Shown here piece after piece: positions 27,290 to 41,000 of a DNA stretch of 64,000 nt (position 1 is its first letter; every line of letters starts with the position of its first letter). The stretch comes from Chrysomallon squamiferum. Taxonomy: Eukaryota; Animalia; Mollusca. A program made the position numbers and the translations under genes. The stretch lies in NCBI GenBank assembly GCA_012295275.1, contig CM022672.1:4898001-4962000 (forward strand). Direction: 5' to 3'. Below the pieces are notes generated by a model, which saw only the letters and a list, made by a program, of their open reading frames with translations, ran no database searches and had not been told where the DNA came from.

Positions 27290-27812
27290 AATGCTAAATA
27301 AACACCAGAGTCGCTGTTACAATGCTACAAAAACACCAGGCTATGGCTATAATGCTAAATAAACACCAGAGTCGCTGTTACAATGCTACAAAAACACCAG
27401 GCTATGGCTATAATGCTAAATAAACACCAGAGTCGCTGTTACAATGCTATAAAAAACACCAGGCTATGGCTATAATGCTAAATAAACACCAGAGTCGCTG
27501 TTACAATGCTATAAAAAACACCAGGCTATGGCTATAATGCTAAATAAACACCAGAGTCGCTGTTACAATGCTAAATAAACACCAGAGTCGCTGTTATAAT
27601 GCTAAATAAACACCGGGCTATGGCTATAATGCTAAATAAACACCAGGCTATGGCTATAATGCTAAATAAACACCGGGCTATGGCTATAATGCTAAATAAA
27701 CACCAGAGTCGCTGTTACAATGCTACAAAAACACCAGGCTATGGCTATAATGCTAAATAAACACTAGGCTATGGCTATAATGCTAAATAAACACCAGGCT
27801 ATTGCTATAAAA
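27290..27812. repeat. 30-31-bp minisatellite with two monomer variants (~17 units)
   Basis: AATGCTAAATAAACACC followed by AGAGTCGCTGTTAC (A) or AGGCTATGGCTAT (B); starts as AB dimers of ~61 bp. Confidence 0.95.
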
Positions 27813-27859
27813 CTATGTAAACGACTGGGCAGCATTTCTGAATAAACTTCAAGGCTTGC

Positions 27860-28660
27860 ATCGCCAATTAAACATTAATGCTAAAGTAACATCTGGTTAT
27901 ACTCATAAATTAACAATACCGTTATGATATTAAGTCAAAATTACTTTAGTGGTGCTAAAATAACGTCAATGCTGTAATTGTCATTGACATCATCACTATG
28001 AATTAACGTCATGGCTATAATAATAATAATTAAAAAAATAAGGTCACTGCCATAATTATGTTAAATTAATGCCATGGCAATAATAATAAGGAGTAGTCAC
28101 ACAAGAAGTTCTAAATTAACATTACGTCTGAAATACGAAATTAACGTCACTGTTACTGTTATAGTATTAAATTAAGGTCTTCATTATAATGTTAAATTAA
28201 CGTTAAGGATGAAATACGAAATTTACGTCACTGTTATAATATTAAATTAACGTCCCGGTAATTATGCAAATTCAAGGTCACGGCAGCAATGCTAAGTTAA
28301 CCTTACAGCTGAAATAAAAAAATGCGTCATAAAATTTTAAAATATTAACGTCACTGTTATTAGTATTAAATTAACGTAACGACTGAAATACTAAATCAAC
28401 GTCACTTTTATAGTGCTAAATTAACGTCAAGGTATTTCGAGGCCACGGTAACAATGCTAAATTAACGTCAAGATATTTCGAGGCCACGGTAACAATGCTA
28501 AATCAACGTCAGGATATTTCAAGGCCACGGTAACAACGATAAATTAACGTCAAGGTATTTCAAGGCGAAGGCAACAATGCTAAATGAACGTTACGGCTGA
28601 AGTAGGCAGATTAAATTCATCGTTATTATATTAAATTAACTTCGCTGCGACAATACTCAA
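27860..28660. repeat. Old degenerate satellite with AAATTAACGTCA core, including a 41-bp x4 sub-array at 28415-28590
   Basis: Recurrent (T)AAATTAACGTCA; GCTAAATTAACGTCAAGGTATTTCGAGGCCACGGTAACAAT at 28415, 28456 and on. Confidence 0.8.
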
Positions 28661-29565
28661 TATGCACGCATATGACAACAAGTACTAGCTGTCGATGATC
28701 CTTGCTGCTGTTGTTCTACAGTTCAACCGAACTTGAGATTAATTTCTCTGTCAGTTTTATGATGTTATTGGACATCGATCATCGACGCAAGGAGACACGC
28801 TAAACGGACTAATTCAATGAAAGGTTTGCTATGCAAAATAATAATACAAACCTGTCGTTAAGTGAACATAAAAAACCCATTAAGAGAAACCAAATAACTT
28901 AATAGAGTAAACGCACAAATCATTGTAGCTGGTATGTTTTGGTAAGTCTTTGGGGGACTCTTTGAACCGTATATGTTTTAGTCTATAAAAACGAATATTA
29001 ATATACAGAAACATGAATGTTCTAAAAATCAGAAGAAAAAAAAACAACATGCATCTCCACACTATAGCTTTACTTGTTTTAGTTACGTATATATACGTAA
29101 ACATAGATACGTCTACATAGATACGTACCTACGTTATTTTAAACTCATACATAAAATATATATATATAATTTTTAAAATATTTAACACTTACTTATTTGT
29201 ATCGTGAATAAATGGCAGATATCGATCCGCATCAAGACTGAAGATGTCCGTCATGGTGAAGAATCGAAAATGAATTGGTTATCCGTTAATCGAATGAAGA
29301 TTTCTATAAACCACACTCAGTGTTTACTTGAGAACAAAGGCATTCTCTAACAACAGTGGTTTCGCTTCGCCGCCCACTGATATGGGCTGATGATTCATAT
29401 GAAACTTTTTTTTAAAACCATAGCTCAATCGTTTCTCGAGTTATTAAATCAAGTGATAAATATGTCGCTTCCTTTCTTTCTGTCGAACAGGGTAAGTGTG
29501 CTCCGACACGCATATATTGGATTTCAAACAAATATTTCGCCTGTATTATTTTGAGTACTATGTAC

Positions 29566-29793
29566 TGGGTATGTATGTGTGTACGTAGTTTAGGGTTTTG
29601 AATATTCTCTGTCTTATGAATGTCTGAATACACTCTGCACATAGACAATATTCGGGAACGCACTGGCGCAGGAGGACAAAGTCCAATCTCGACCTCACAA
29701 ACCCGTCAGATGCCGCTGACGAGATTTGAACGTATGACACCCATTTGCCCCACACCTAAAGCGGACGATGTTACCATTCGGCCATCAAGACAA
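29566..29793 (-). mobile_element. tRNA(Leu)-derived SINE flanked by a 26-bp target-site duplication
   Basis: Minus strand has A box TGGCCGAATGG, TTTAGG anticodon-like loop, B box GTTCAAATC, and a CACACATACATAC tail. Direct repeats at 29540-29565 and 29794-29819 are 24/26 identical. Confidence 0.75.
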
Positions 29794-29833
29794 CCTGTAT
29801 TATTTTTTGTACTATGTACAGTGTATTAGGGTG

Positions 29834-29865
<32 letters not shown>

Positions 29866-32468
29866 TGTATGTGTGCATGTGTGTTTGTGTGAGTGTGTCT
29901 GTGTTTGTGTACGTTTGTATGTGTGTGTGAAAGTGTTTGTGTATGTTTGTATGTTTGTATCTGTATATGGTTGTATGTATGTATATTATGATACATGCAT
30001 TTAACACATAGATACACAGACACACAAAACATTTGCCTGTCCCAATAAGTAAGAAGTTTTATATGCTTTTATCTTGTCAGACAAAAAAAATATATATATA
30101 TATATCAGTCTACACCAATCTGCACAAACGTTTTCTTTTATTACCATACTTTATTGTTATTAAAGGTTGTAATGGGTGAAATAATAAGTAACTAGCACAC
30201 TAATGTATTTGAGGCACTAGTATAACAGAACCATTTAGGTTTGTGTTATTGCAAGATTAATTTCACACACTTCTACGATGCATCTGAAATCGAATAGTGA
30301 AAATACTCGGCTTTGTTGGATTTCAAAATTATATCCATTACTGATTTATTACAATTATTTCTCAATAGTCAAAGCTGTTGTTTTTGTAGTTGCTATTTAT
30401 TTATTTATTTGTACATACATCTTTATATGAACACATACACACATACATACATACATACATACATACATACATACTGTTCAGGTATTTAAATGTAATTTAA
30501 ATTTTAATTCCCAGCCGTTTGTCTGCCATACTGTAAGCATCAACACGCATTTTGGAATTAAATTCACTTATAGCCGTTGAATAGAAGATAGTATTTCTAA
30601 CATATTCACTGTGAGGATTATATCAGAGAATTAATACATTCACGATAAGCATTCCACCATGGGTATGTGACATTTGAATAGAAGATGTATTATTAACATG
30701 TGTTCTAACGGCACTAACGTCATAAAATCGCAATAAACGTCTGGAGGTGGGGGTCTATCATTATTTTATTTTCAGGCCAAACTATTACACCGTGTAATCT
30801 GCTAGTGAACTGAATATTTTATTTTGTGAAAAAGTGATGACTGTTATTATGAGACAGGTGTTGTAAATGTTCACTTCACTACACTTTCAGAAGACGAAAC
30901 AAAACGATGACTATCAAAGGAAAAAAGTCATTGTTTTAAAAAGATATCAGATTAATCTGCAGTTACACGGCGACATAGGGTTAAAGATAAGAGATAGAAA
31001 TTAACTAGAGAGAAAGTCAGCTGACTTAATGCTTGAACTGCGCTTTTTCGATTAGCAGTATGACATCTAATTTTATACACCTTCCCATGGACAGCAAAAC
31101 AGTACCCTGCATACGATTGTCTCTGATAAATCTGTTATAATACATTTCCACTGCAGGAACATTTCACGTTGTTCATTGATGAATAAGAAAGTATCGAAAC
31201 TACAAGTAAACGAACATAACTGAGTATGTCACGTAGCAATACCTGCAAGAAATGATCCAGTACGCAGCAGATACAAATCAAACAACGCGTGCCAACGAAT
31301 GTGTTTGCTTGCTTCGACACCCAGTCATTGAAACGGTTCTCAAATAAGACTTCTTGTCTCTTTAATAACTGAACGTCTGGCAATGCCACATCGCAATATC
31401 TCGAGAGTCGGTGAAAGGAAATTCTAATCTTCGTGTGGTCGGGTTCTCTGGTAAAACAGACAAACCAAGGATCTCGTCATAATGCCGTTTTTGTCGCGGC
31501 CAACATACGTCGCCGAGTCTATTAACTTCTCCGCTTTTGTCAATTTCGACGACTCTCACGCTCCGTGGGCTGTTTCTCTGTTTCTTTCTCGCCATTCAGG
31601 AATAATATCTCATTGTGGGAAACGTCACTGCTAGAACCCGCGCCCACAAATACAAACAAACCACGCGTAAGTCTCTCAGTTCATTTGAAATGAATTTTGT
31701 GTTTGTTAATATAGAAATGTTGGACAGCAGTCGTGTCGAACAGAAAACAGAAACCGAGCGAGAAAACAAATTAATAATTAAACATAAAAATGTTAATAGC
31801 CACTATGTATGTGTATATATATGTATATAGTTTACTAACACACACGTATACCAAATTATGAAGTCTGAAATGTCCACTAAGTGCTAAAGAAAATATAGAA
31901 GTAATTGAAAATTAAGAAGTAAAAATATATTCGTGTACTAAATAAATATAAAATATATATAAATACAAATATGAATAACACAGATATATGTATGTTTGTA
32001 TGTATAAATATATATGTGTGTGTGTACGTGTGTGTGTGTGTGTGTGTGTGCAATTTACTGGCATGTCGAATCATGTATTATTTTTGGTTTGTTTATTATA
32101 TCATATAACATTATTTAATATACACCTACGTACATATATTATGATCATATGACATAAAAGCAAACATGTTCTTGTTGTAAAATAAGAAGAAAAAAAACAA
32201 AACAACAAAAACAACAATCAAACAACTCTAAAGACACAGGTGTACTGAAATGTTTGGAAACTATTTTTTTTTTTAGAGAACGATATAAATTTTGTCAAGA
32301 ACATAATACACAAAAAGAGATAAAATATGTGTTTTGTGTACTTCGTAAACTTTACAAAGTATCTGATCTTGTAATATATATACATGTTGGTTTTTTTTTA
32401 ATATAAAGACGAAAGAGAAAAAAAGAGAGAGACAGATTCATAATTATATGTGGTATGTGTGTGTGTGT

Positions 32469-32552
<84 letters not shown>

Positions 32553-33624
32553 AAATAAATTTATAAAGTGAAAGACGGAGACAAAGATTCTAATTACTTA
32601 TGTTTACAAAACAAAACAACGAAACCTTTTTAAAATATAGTGCCAGATACGGACCCAGAATTTAAAATAACGAAGGGAGCCATCGTTGTTATCGATGTTG
32701 TTTTCCAGATGTAATAATGTATGTAAATATAAAGTTTTTAAATATCGGCCATCAGACAACAGCGACTAACAAGTGTCGGTTTTCTCCATGCCCTGGATCA
32801 GTTTTCGATATTTTCTTTCTTTTTTTTTTTTTTTTTTCTTCTTTCTTTGGCGTCCACGCCAGGCGCCAGTAAACTATGAATTGTCTGATAAATTTATTAT
32901 AAAATATTACACGGTGTAATTCGATATTAAAAAAAACACCAAAAAAACCCCCAAACAAACAAAACAGATGAAAAGAGTTAAAATTAATATCTATAAATTA
33001 AACTACATACTGTCTTAAACATGATATGTGTTGTTCTGTATAAAATACGATACATTTTATTCAGTTTAAATATAATACGTGTTATTCAGTTTTATATACG
33101 ATGTTTTCAGTTTTAAATATAGGATGTGCTACTGGATTTTATAAAAGATATGTATTATTAAGTTTTATATCCCGTGTTTTATTCAGTTTTAAATTGTATG
33201 TGTCTTTCAAATTTAAATACAATATTATTCATTTTAAAATACGATATATGCATTTTTAAACTTATTTCCTTGAACTTATTTCTCTCTTTTAGGCTGAACC
33301 GATTTGGTCTAAGGTTTCTTCTAGTACTGTCAGAAGAAAAAATATATATATATATATATATACTGTTCTCTGTTAGTGAACAGGTAACAAAATTTAGTTT
33401 TTTCTTAATAATATATTAGTTTTACATATAAATAAAATTGTAAGTGATGATTCACCACTCCGGTTGTAAAAAGGTGGAGAAAAAAATAATAATAAAATCA
33501 TCAATTTTTGTATTAAAGATATTATATCGCTCAAGCCAAATATAGCAATTTGAAAGTATAAATAGTGATATAAACACACTTACACCACCCCCCAGACACT
33601 TTAATATGCTTTTATTAAAATGTG

Positions 33625-33667
<43 letters not shown>

Positions 33668-33900
33668 GTCTGTCTGATTGTCTGTCTGTCAACATATATG
33701 AAATGAAATATAAAAGTTAAAATAGGCTAAAGAGATAGAAAGAATGAATAAAAGAATGAAAGGGAAAATGAAAAAAGAGAAGAAGTGATAAAAATAAAGA
33801 AAGAAAGAAAGAATGAAAGAAAGAAAAGATAAGTAAAGAATGAAAAAGTTTAAGAAATAACGACAATGCTTAACGAAAATGTAGACTAAGTATTTAAACT

Positions 33901-34116
33901 TACTTGTTGTTTATAAAGATGCTAGGTAACTTAACTTACTTGTTGTTTATAAAGATGCTAGGTAACTTAACTTACTTGTTGTTTATAAAGATGCTAGGTA
34001 ACTTAACTTACTTGTTGTTTATAAAGATGCTAGGTAACTTAACTTACTTGCTGTTTATAAACATGCTAGGTAACTTAACTTACTTGTTGTTTATAAAGAT
34101 GCTAGGTAACTTAACT
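33901..34116. repeat. 36-bp minisatellite x6
   Basis: TACTTGTTGTTTATAAAGATGCTAGGTAACTTAACT at 33901, 33937, 33973, 34009, 34045 and 34081. Confidence 0.97.
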
Positions 34117-34157
34117 CCGTTGTCATCGAAAGTCACTCTTCTGGATGTTTGAGCCAT
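34084..34157 (-). CDS. Candidate first coding exon MAQTSRRVTFDDNGVKLPSIFINN (phase 2); downstream partner exon unresolved
   Basis: GTCATGG start context, AA|GTAAGT donor, pyrimidine-rich acceptor near 34260, and a candidate upstream non-coding exon donor near 34613. Confidence 0.35.
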
Positions 34158-35214
34158 GACTAGTTGTTTTTGAAACTAGCGAGTCTCTAGATTCACCACA
34201 GACACGAATCTTCCCACGCTTTCTAAAACACCATCGCCTCTTCACTGCGACAGTGCAGCCTTAGTGATGAACGTCAAAACAAACCAAAAAAAATCTTTAA
34301 AAAGTACATACAGTAATAATAATAACACACAAAACAAGAATCAATTTTTCTTTTCAGTGCTGCTATTCCCAAAAATCAGATAAACTTCATTTGTCGTTCA
34401 TCGTTTCGAATTCGTCGGGTCGTCAGGTAAATATAACGAAAACAAAACTCATGCAACTCTACATCAAAAAAACAAAAAAACCAAAAAAAAAACGAGTATA
34501 GAGAATAATAATAATAATAATAAAAACAAGTGACGGCCTATATTCTGAATGTAGTTCAGCTATTCCTGATGCCTGAATTGTTGCCTGATTGATTTAATGA
34601 ATACTTTTTTCACCTGCTATCGTCGTAACAGAATCAGGTTCAGTGATCCGTGTCCCGTGAACAAAATGTCCCGTTCGAACGCGTTGATGACTGAAAGAAC
34701 CGTATGAACAATAAATGAATCATATATCAGATGTTCCGTTCTTGTTTACACTCCGCTGGGTCTCACCTACCATCGACCATTAGGCAACTGAAGCGGTATA
34801 ACAAGTCAAACAGCTATATATTGTTGTCAAAAAGCACAACGTGTAAATACTGTTTATGTACATATATATATATATATAAAAAATATATAACATAAATAAA
34901 ATATTAGAACTTCAGAATACTTGTTATGTTAATGAGGCACGAATTGTCAGCAGAAGTCTTTTGAAAATGGTAAATCTTTCTGTCAGTTTTAAAATATCAC
35001 TATTTTCAAAATATTCATGCGTTTACTGAAAAGATGTTAAAAAAAGAAATATGAGCCCAAAACTGTTTGACACTGCAGCGTCTTGTTTTGAAAATGTTTT
35101 GGACGTGTTATTTATTTTGCAAAAACTTTCCTTAAATATCGTACTAGTGTTATTCCTTTAAGTTATCTCATCGGTTAAAATCAACAAACATTTCCAAACA
35201 TTATCTTACAACCA

Positions 35215-36013
35215 TCGTCCTAAAAACCAGTCTCCTTATACTGCGTCTCCTAACAACTAGAAACCAGTCTCCTTATACTGCGTCTCTTAACAACCAGATC
35301 TCCTTATATTGCGTCTCTTAACAACCAGATCTCCTTACATTGCGTCTCTTAACAACCAGATCTCCTTATATTGCGTCTCCTACCAACCAGATCTCCTTAT
35401 ATTGCGTCTCCTACCAACCAGATCTCCTTATATTGCGTCTCCTACCAACCAGATCTCCTTATATTGCGTCTCCTAACAACCAGATCTCCTTATATTGCGT
35501 CTCCTAACAACCAGATCTCCTTATACTGCGTCTCCTACCAAACAGATCTCCTTATACTGCGTCTCCTAACAACTAGATCTAACCAGATACATTGCGTCTC
35601 CTAACAACCAGATCTCCTTATACTGCGTCTCCTAACAACCAGATCTCCTTATACTGCGTCTCCTACCAAACAGATCTCCTTATACTGCGTCTCCTAACAA
35701 CTAGATCTCCTTATACTGCGTCTCTTAACAAACAGATCTCCTTACATTGCGTCTCCTAACAACTAGATCTCCTTATACTGCGTCTCCTAACAACCAGATC
35801 TCCTTATATTGCGTCTCCTAACAACCAGATCTCCTTATACTGCGTCTCCTAACAACCAGATCTCCTTATACTGCGTCTCCTAACAACCAGATCTCCTTAT
35901 ATTGCGTCTCCTAACAACCAGATCTCCTTATATTGCGTCTCTAACAAACCAGATCTCCTTATACTGCGTCTCCTAACAACCAGATCTCCTTATATTGCGT
36001 CTCCTAACAACTA
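35215..36013. repeat. 31-bp minisatellite, ~25 copies
   Basis: CTCCTAACAACCAGATCTCCTTATATTGCGT; AGATCTCC at 35296, 35327, 35358 and on. Confidence 0.97.
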
Positions 36014-37697
36014 GGGGTTCTTACAAATGCCATCTTCTAACAACGAAAGTTTCTCGAAATTCCATATCCCGAGGCTTCTTTTCATATGGTTCACACTTGT
36101 GGCTTTAAAAGAAAAGTTAGAAAAGAGAAATCAACGTAATCTCTATTCGGTATCTCTGACAATTCGACCTTATAATTATTGGACGTCGATGAACTGACTG
36201 ACAGTTTGAATGACAACTGAACTGAACAGATAACGTACAAAACAACAAGCTCAGTGTGTAGGTGTTGTTGTGTAAGTTGTGTGCCTAGTGTTAGTTTTCG
36301 TGTAACGCAGACCTCTTCTATTGTACGAGAGTTTACAGAGAAACTGAGCACACTCTTTGATATACACAGAGATACGTAACACCTTACAATGACGTCTGGT
36401 AAATTACTGGTGAAAACGTCAACGACGAGGCACCCTTCTTGTTGACAGATTATGTAAATTTATACCCTGAAGAAACGAAAGAAGAAAAAGAATGAGTGAT
36501 GAATGAATGGGTCGACCGAATGGGTCGACCTCTGGAGAGGAGGACTGAAAGTATTTTTTTGTTTCCAAATATTAACACTTTGCTAGGTCTAATATTTTCT
36601 AATCAGTGTACAAACAAGAACAGAACAAGTAACAAGACCTATCGAGCTTCCTTTTTTCTGTTTCTTATTACTGCGGGTACAGAATATATTACATGGTTAA
36701 TATAAACATCTAATTATCTGATACTCCCATGCTATATCTTTCCAGTAGATCTGTTAACACGAAACCGCGACCATTTATTTACAAAAAAACAGAAAATAAT
36801 ACAAATAATCACCTACAGTCACAAACACTTACACACACGAACACTTGCTAATATTATTATTATTATTATTATTAGCTGTAGTATATGCAGTAATACTAGT
36901 AGTAATAGTAGTGATAATAGCCAGGGCCTGTGAGAGGGGGGTCCAGCCCCTACTTTGTTGAGCGAAGAAGGGCCTCACAGAAACTATGCAACATCCACGA
37001 GAAGTAGTAGCAGTAATAGTAATAATAGTAGTAGTGGTGGTAGCATTGCATTTAATAATATTTTTCTTTCGATTATTCCTTATTTTATCGATTATCAGCA
37101 AAACAGAATATTTTTGAAGACAAATGTTATTCAGTACTGGCGTGCGCGCATGCGCAAAGAGCGCATACCTAAGCATAGATAATTAAATCACAAAAATGAG
37201 TCTGTGCCATTGACTTTTATATTGAAGCTATAAATTAGTTTCAGACACATTTATTGTTAATTACTTTACTGTTGTACGGCGTCGGTCATATATACATAAA
37301 CCTACTGCTTTTGTCACACTTCTAAATTACATACTCCTTCCTATACGATAACTCCTCAATCAGTACAACAAAGTTCATCACAGTCTTTGAAAGGAGTCAT
37401 TGTTAATGAAATAATCTACTCTGGAATAACCAGTATATAATACGCTGAAAACTAAAACTGGCTGTTGGCCAGAATCATTCCTCGGCTGTGAAGCAGATAG
37501 TGATATGATCAGTCTCAGTGTGAATTCGCTTGTTTCGACCGAAAAGACTCGAATATATACTTCATGAAAATTGAGTATATACCTGAATAGAGTTTTTTTC
37601 TTTCATTATTTGTGATTTACTCCTACTATTTTTTCTCTCATCTCGTTGCTTTCTCTCTGTGTCTCTCTGTCTCTTACTTTCTGCCTCTCTCCGTTTT

Positions 37698-37797
<100 letters not shown>

Positions 37798-38247
37798 CTA
37801 TCTCTCTCATCTCTCTGGTATAACATACATGCACACATCAAGAAGTCTGCTGCTCACAGTAAATACTGTAGAAGCCTTTCCGCATTTTGAAATCATTATT
37901 TCTTTTTAATTATATCTCTGAGTCATTATCACTGCATTGGATAGCTGGTTTTTTGTTTGTTTGTTTGTTTGTTTGTTGTTGTTTCGTACAGGTTGATTTA
38001 CGTTTGAAGCTGTCACGGAAGGGAAACTTGGCATTGTTACTGGTTCATGTGATATTTCCAATCGCATTCCTTTGTCCCAGAATGCTCTAGCTAACTATGA
38101 GCCCCAAGTATTAGAAATATAGATATCCAGTGTCCCAGTACATGCCAGCCTTTCAGTGAATAACAAATAAAAACAAGAATTGAGACGTGGGTGTTTAGTT
38201 GCCGAAACTAACCTATTTTAGAAGAAAATATTTTTATAAAAAAAAAA

Positions 38248-38298
<51 letters not shown>

Positions 38299-40292
38299 GA
38301 AAGAAATAATTATCTAAAAATTATACATCATTAAATCAATCCGTCAAAATTAATAAATCAATAAATCAATAAATTAATTAATTAATAAAAAATAATTAAA
38401 ATTAATTTATTGCCCATGAAACGATCCTATAAAGATAAGACCCACTGAATTACTCTGTTCATATCAGTAATAAATAAATGAATAAATAAAATGCAAAAAC
38501 TAACACTGGCGAACATTGTATTCGTAAATTTTGTAATTTTTCATTCATAATCAGAAATAGGAAAGGTAAAAAAGAAGAAAAAAGGAATCAATTTTTTAAG
38601 GTTCACTTGTTTAAGGAAAAATAAAACAGATAAATGTTTCAGCGCTTCTTTGGTGATCGCGTTCTAAATTGTATAATGGTTACTCGGGCTGTACAGAATT
38701 TTGTAACAATGGCTTTCACATGTCACGTAAATAGTTTTTACTCGATTAACGGGGACGGAAAGTTAGCTATTTTGTACATCACTAATTATTTCTCAAGATA
38801 CTCAGAATACCAAACAAAATTTGAATGTATAAAGCTAATTATTAGTAATATTTATAAATAATCTTTATTTGTTGATTAATATTGTTTCGTTAGTGCTTTC
38901 TTCCATTTGTATTTCCACCACAGAATGTCGGCGCACTGAAATTATCACTACTTTGTTCGTAGTAATTACAAAAGAAGAAGAAGAAGAAGAAGAAGAAGAA
39001 GAAGAAGAAGAAGAAGAAGAAGAGATGAAGGAGGAGAAGGAGTGAAAAATGTGAAAGGAAAAACTCAAAACTCGATAAAGTTATTATTTTATTGACAATG
39101 TGGTATTAATGTGCACTTAGAAATGTTGTCAAAGACAGTGAAAAGTCAATGCAATTATCTAACGACGTTAACTAGTGGAAGACTTGGATTTCTGTCGTTG
39201 AGACATTCCACAATGTTAAAAACATTGGAAATCAACATTATCATAGTAAAAAAAGTGGCCAGTATTACAGGTATATATATATATATACGTATATGATATT
39301 CACACATGTTCTACAACTACGTTTTTCTGTACAAAATAACAAAACTAAAGGTGCACTACAAACTTGATAATTAAGTTAAAACTCACTAACAACAAAACCG
39401 AAATATAAAAAAAAAGGAGATGTAATGAGAAATTGTTTATCCAGTGGTAAATGCGTTTAAAAATGGTCAAAAATTTTAAAAAATATTTTGTCATTAATAC
39501 TAAATTCTTTATATCACAGTGTAATATAGATAAATAGTTAGGCATTAATAAAAGAATACGGTTTTGCGAAGCTAAAACTTTTAAAACTCTTATACGTAGA
39601 TCACAAACAAAGGGGTATTCTGACTTCAGCACAATTTGTGCTGCAAGAAGATCTAAAATTAAGATGTGGGATTAAGCAATATGCATCAATCTGAAAAGAT
39701 TTTTTTTTTTTTTAAATATTTCTACAATGACACTCTTACTGCGCGATAAATCATACCAATTCCCACAAATTATCAAGAACATCAAATTATGAGTCGTGGC
39801 AATTGCAAAATAATTCTGTTTCTGATTACAATTGAAAATGGACAGCTAATCAGAAAACGTAGCAGGCAAGAGTTGTGTCCCTTCTTATTTTAATTTTTGT
39901 TTGCACGAATACAACAAATACATACAGAAAAGCGAAATTTTCTGTTTTTATTATATAGAAAACGTTGCAATACTTTAAACTGTATTATCCTTATCGCATA
40001 ATAAAAATGCAACCTGAAACTACAAAACAAAGGCTGGAGTCATTTGAATTATAGCACCATTTGAAATCAATAGCTGTATATGTTACATTTATACATATCT
40101 GTGTCTATGTACATACTTTATTATCTAGAAACAACTAAATTCATTCCTTGACTACAGTGATGTTATTAAACACCTATCACGGTCTAATAATATCTAGCAA
40201 AAAAACGTGTGTAAAAATAACCACTGTTATATACGGGATATTCTGAACAGAATGTTCAACACTATTTTTAATGGCGGATAACTTGCTTTGGA

Positions 40293-40323
<31 letters not shown>

Positions 40324-40759
40324 ATATCAATTTATTTGAACTTAATGATGTACCTAAAACAAAATTAATATATGTAAATTTTATAACTACATCTGAAAGA
40401 TAAACAAAAAGCAATGCAGGAATATGTCTAAACTGAAGATTATATAATTAATAACATATTTTACTTAGCTCCAAAGCATTACATATATTTTCAAATTTTT
40501 TTTTTTTCCTAACAGTATCATGATTATAATGATAATTTTGAAATGGACGTCTTCGTTTTCTACTTCTTTTTCATATCACCACTACTAAAGGAGCATTCCA
40601 GGAATCGTTTAACAGCATGAAAGGATTTCATTCAGACGTTGATGTCATCATAGTCATCGCAGCCAGAGTGATAAAGACAAGTACTAAAAGAAGATTCAAC
40701 GACGTGTTGCTGTATCCTCCTCCTACGACGGCGTCCATGCGATGTGAAAGACTTCAGAC

Positions 40760-40960
40760 TTACTCTTCAGTATCCTGAAACGTGAGTCAAACGTTTGATT
40801 AAATAAAATAATAAAGTATCACCGATTATGAGATTTTGTATGTTATTGTTAGTATTATTTATATATTTTATTATATTTTATTTTATTTTATTATTAAATA
40901 ATAATAAAGCATCATAGTCTATGATATATTGTGTGTTTTTTTTTTTTTTTCATTTATTAA

Positions 40961-41000
<40 letters not shown>

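Noticed and set aside
27290-27812. Repeat-spacer appearance suggestive of a CRISPR array
   Set aside because: Only two recurring variable segments, no unique spacers, no cas genes, eukaryotic context
29710-29793. Possible functional tRNA-Leu(TAG)
   Set aside because: Acceptor and T stems pair poorly, there is no oligo-T terminator, and it is followed by a SINE body and flanked by a TSD
31135-31595. Two overlapping minus-strand ORFs in a GC-richer patch
   Set aside because: No recognisable domain or consistent splice structure
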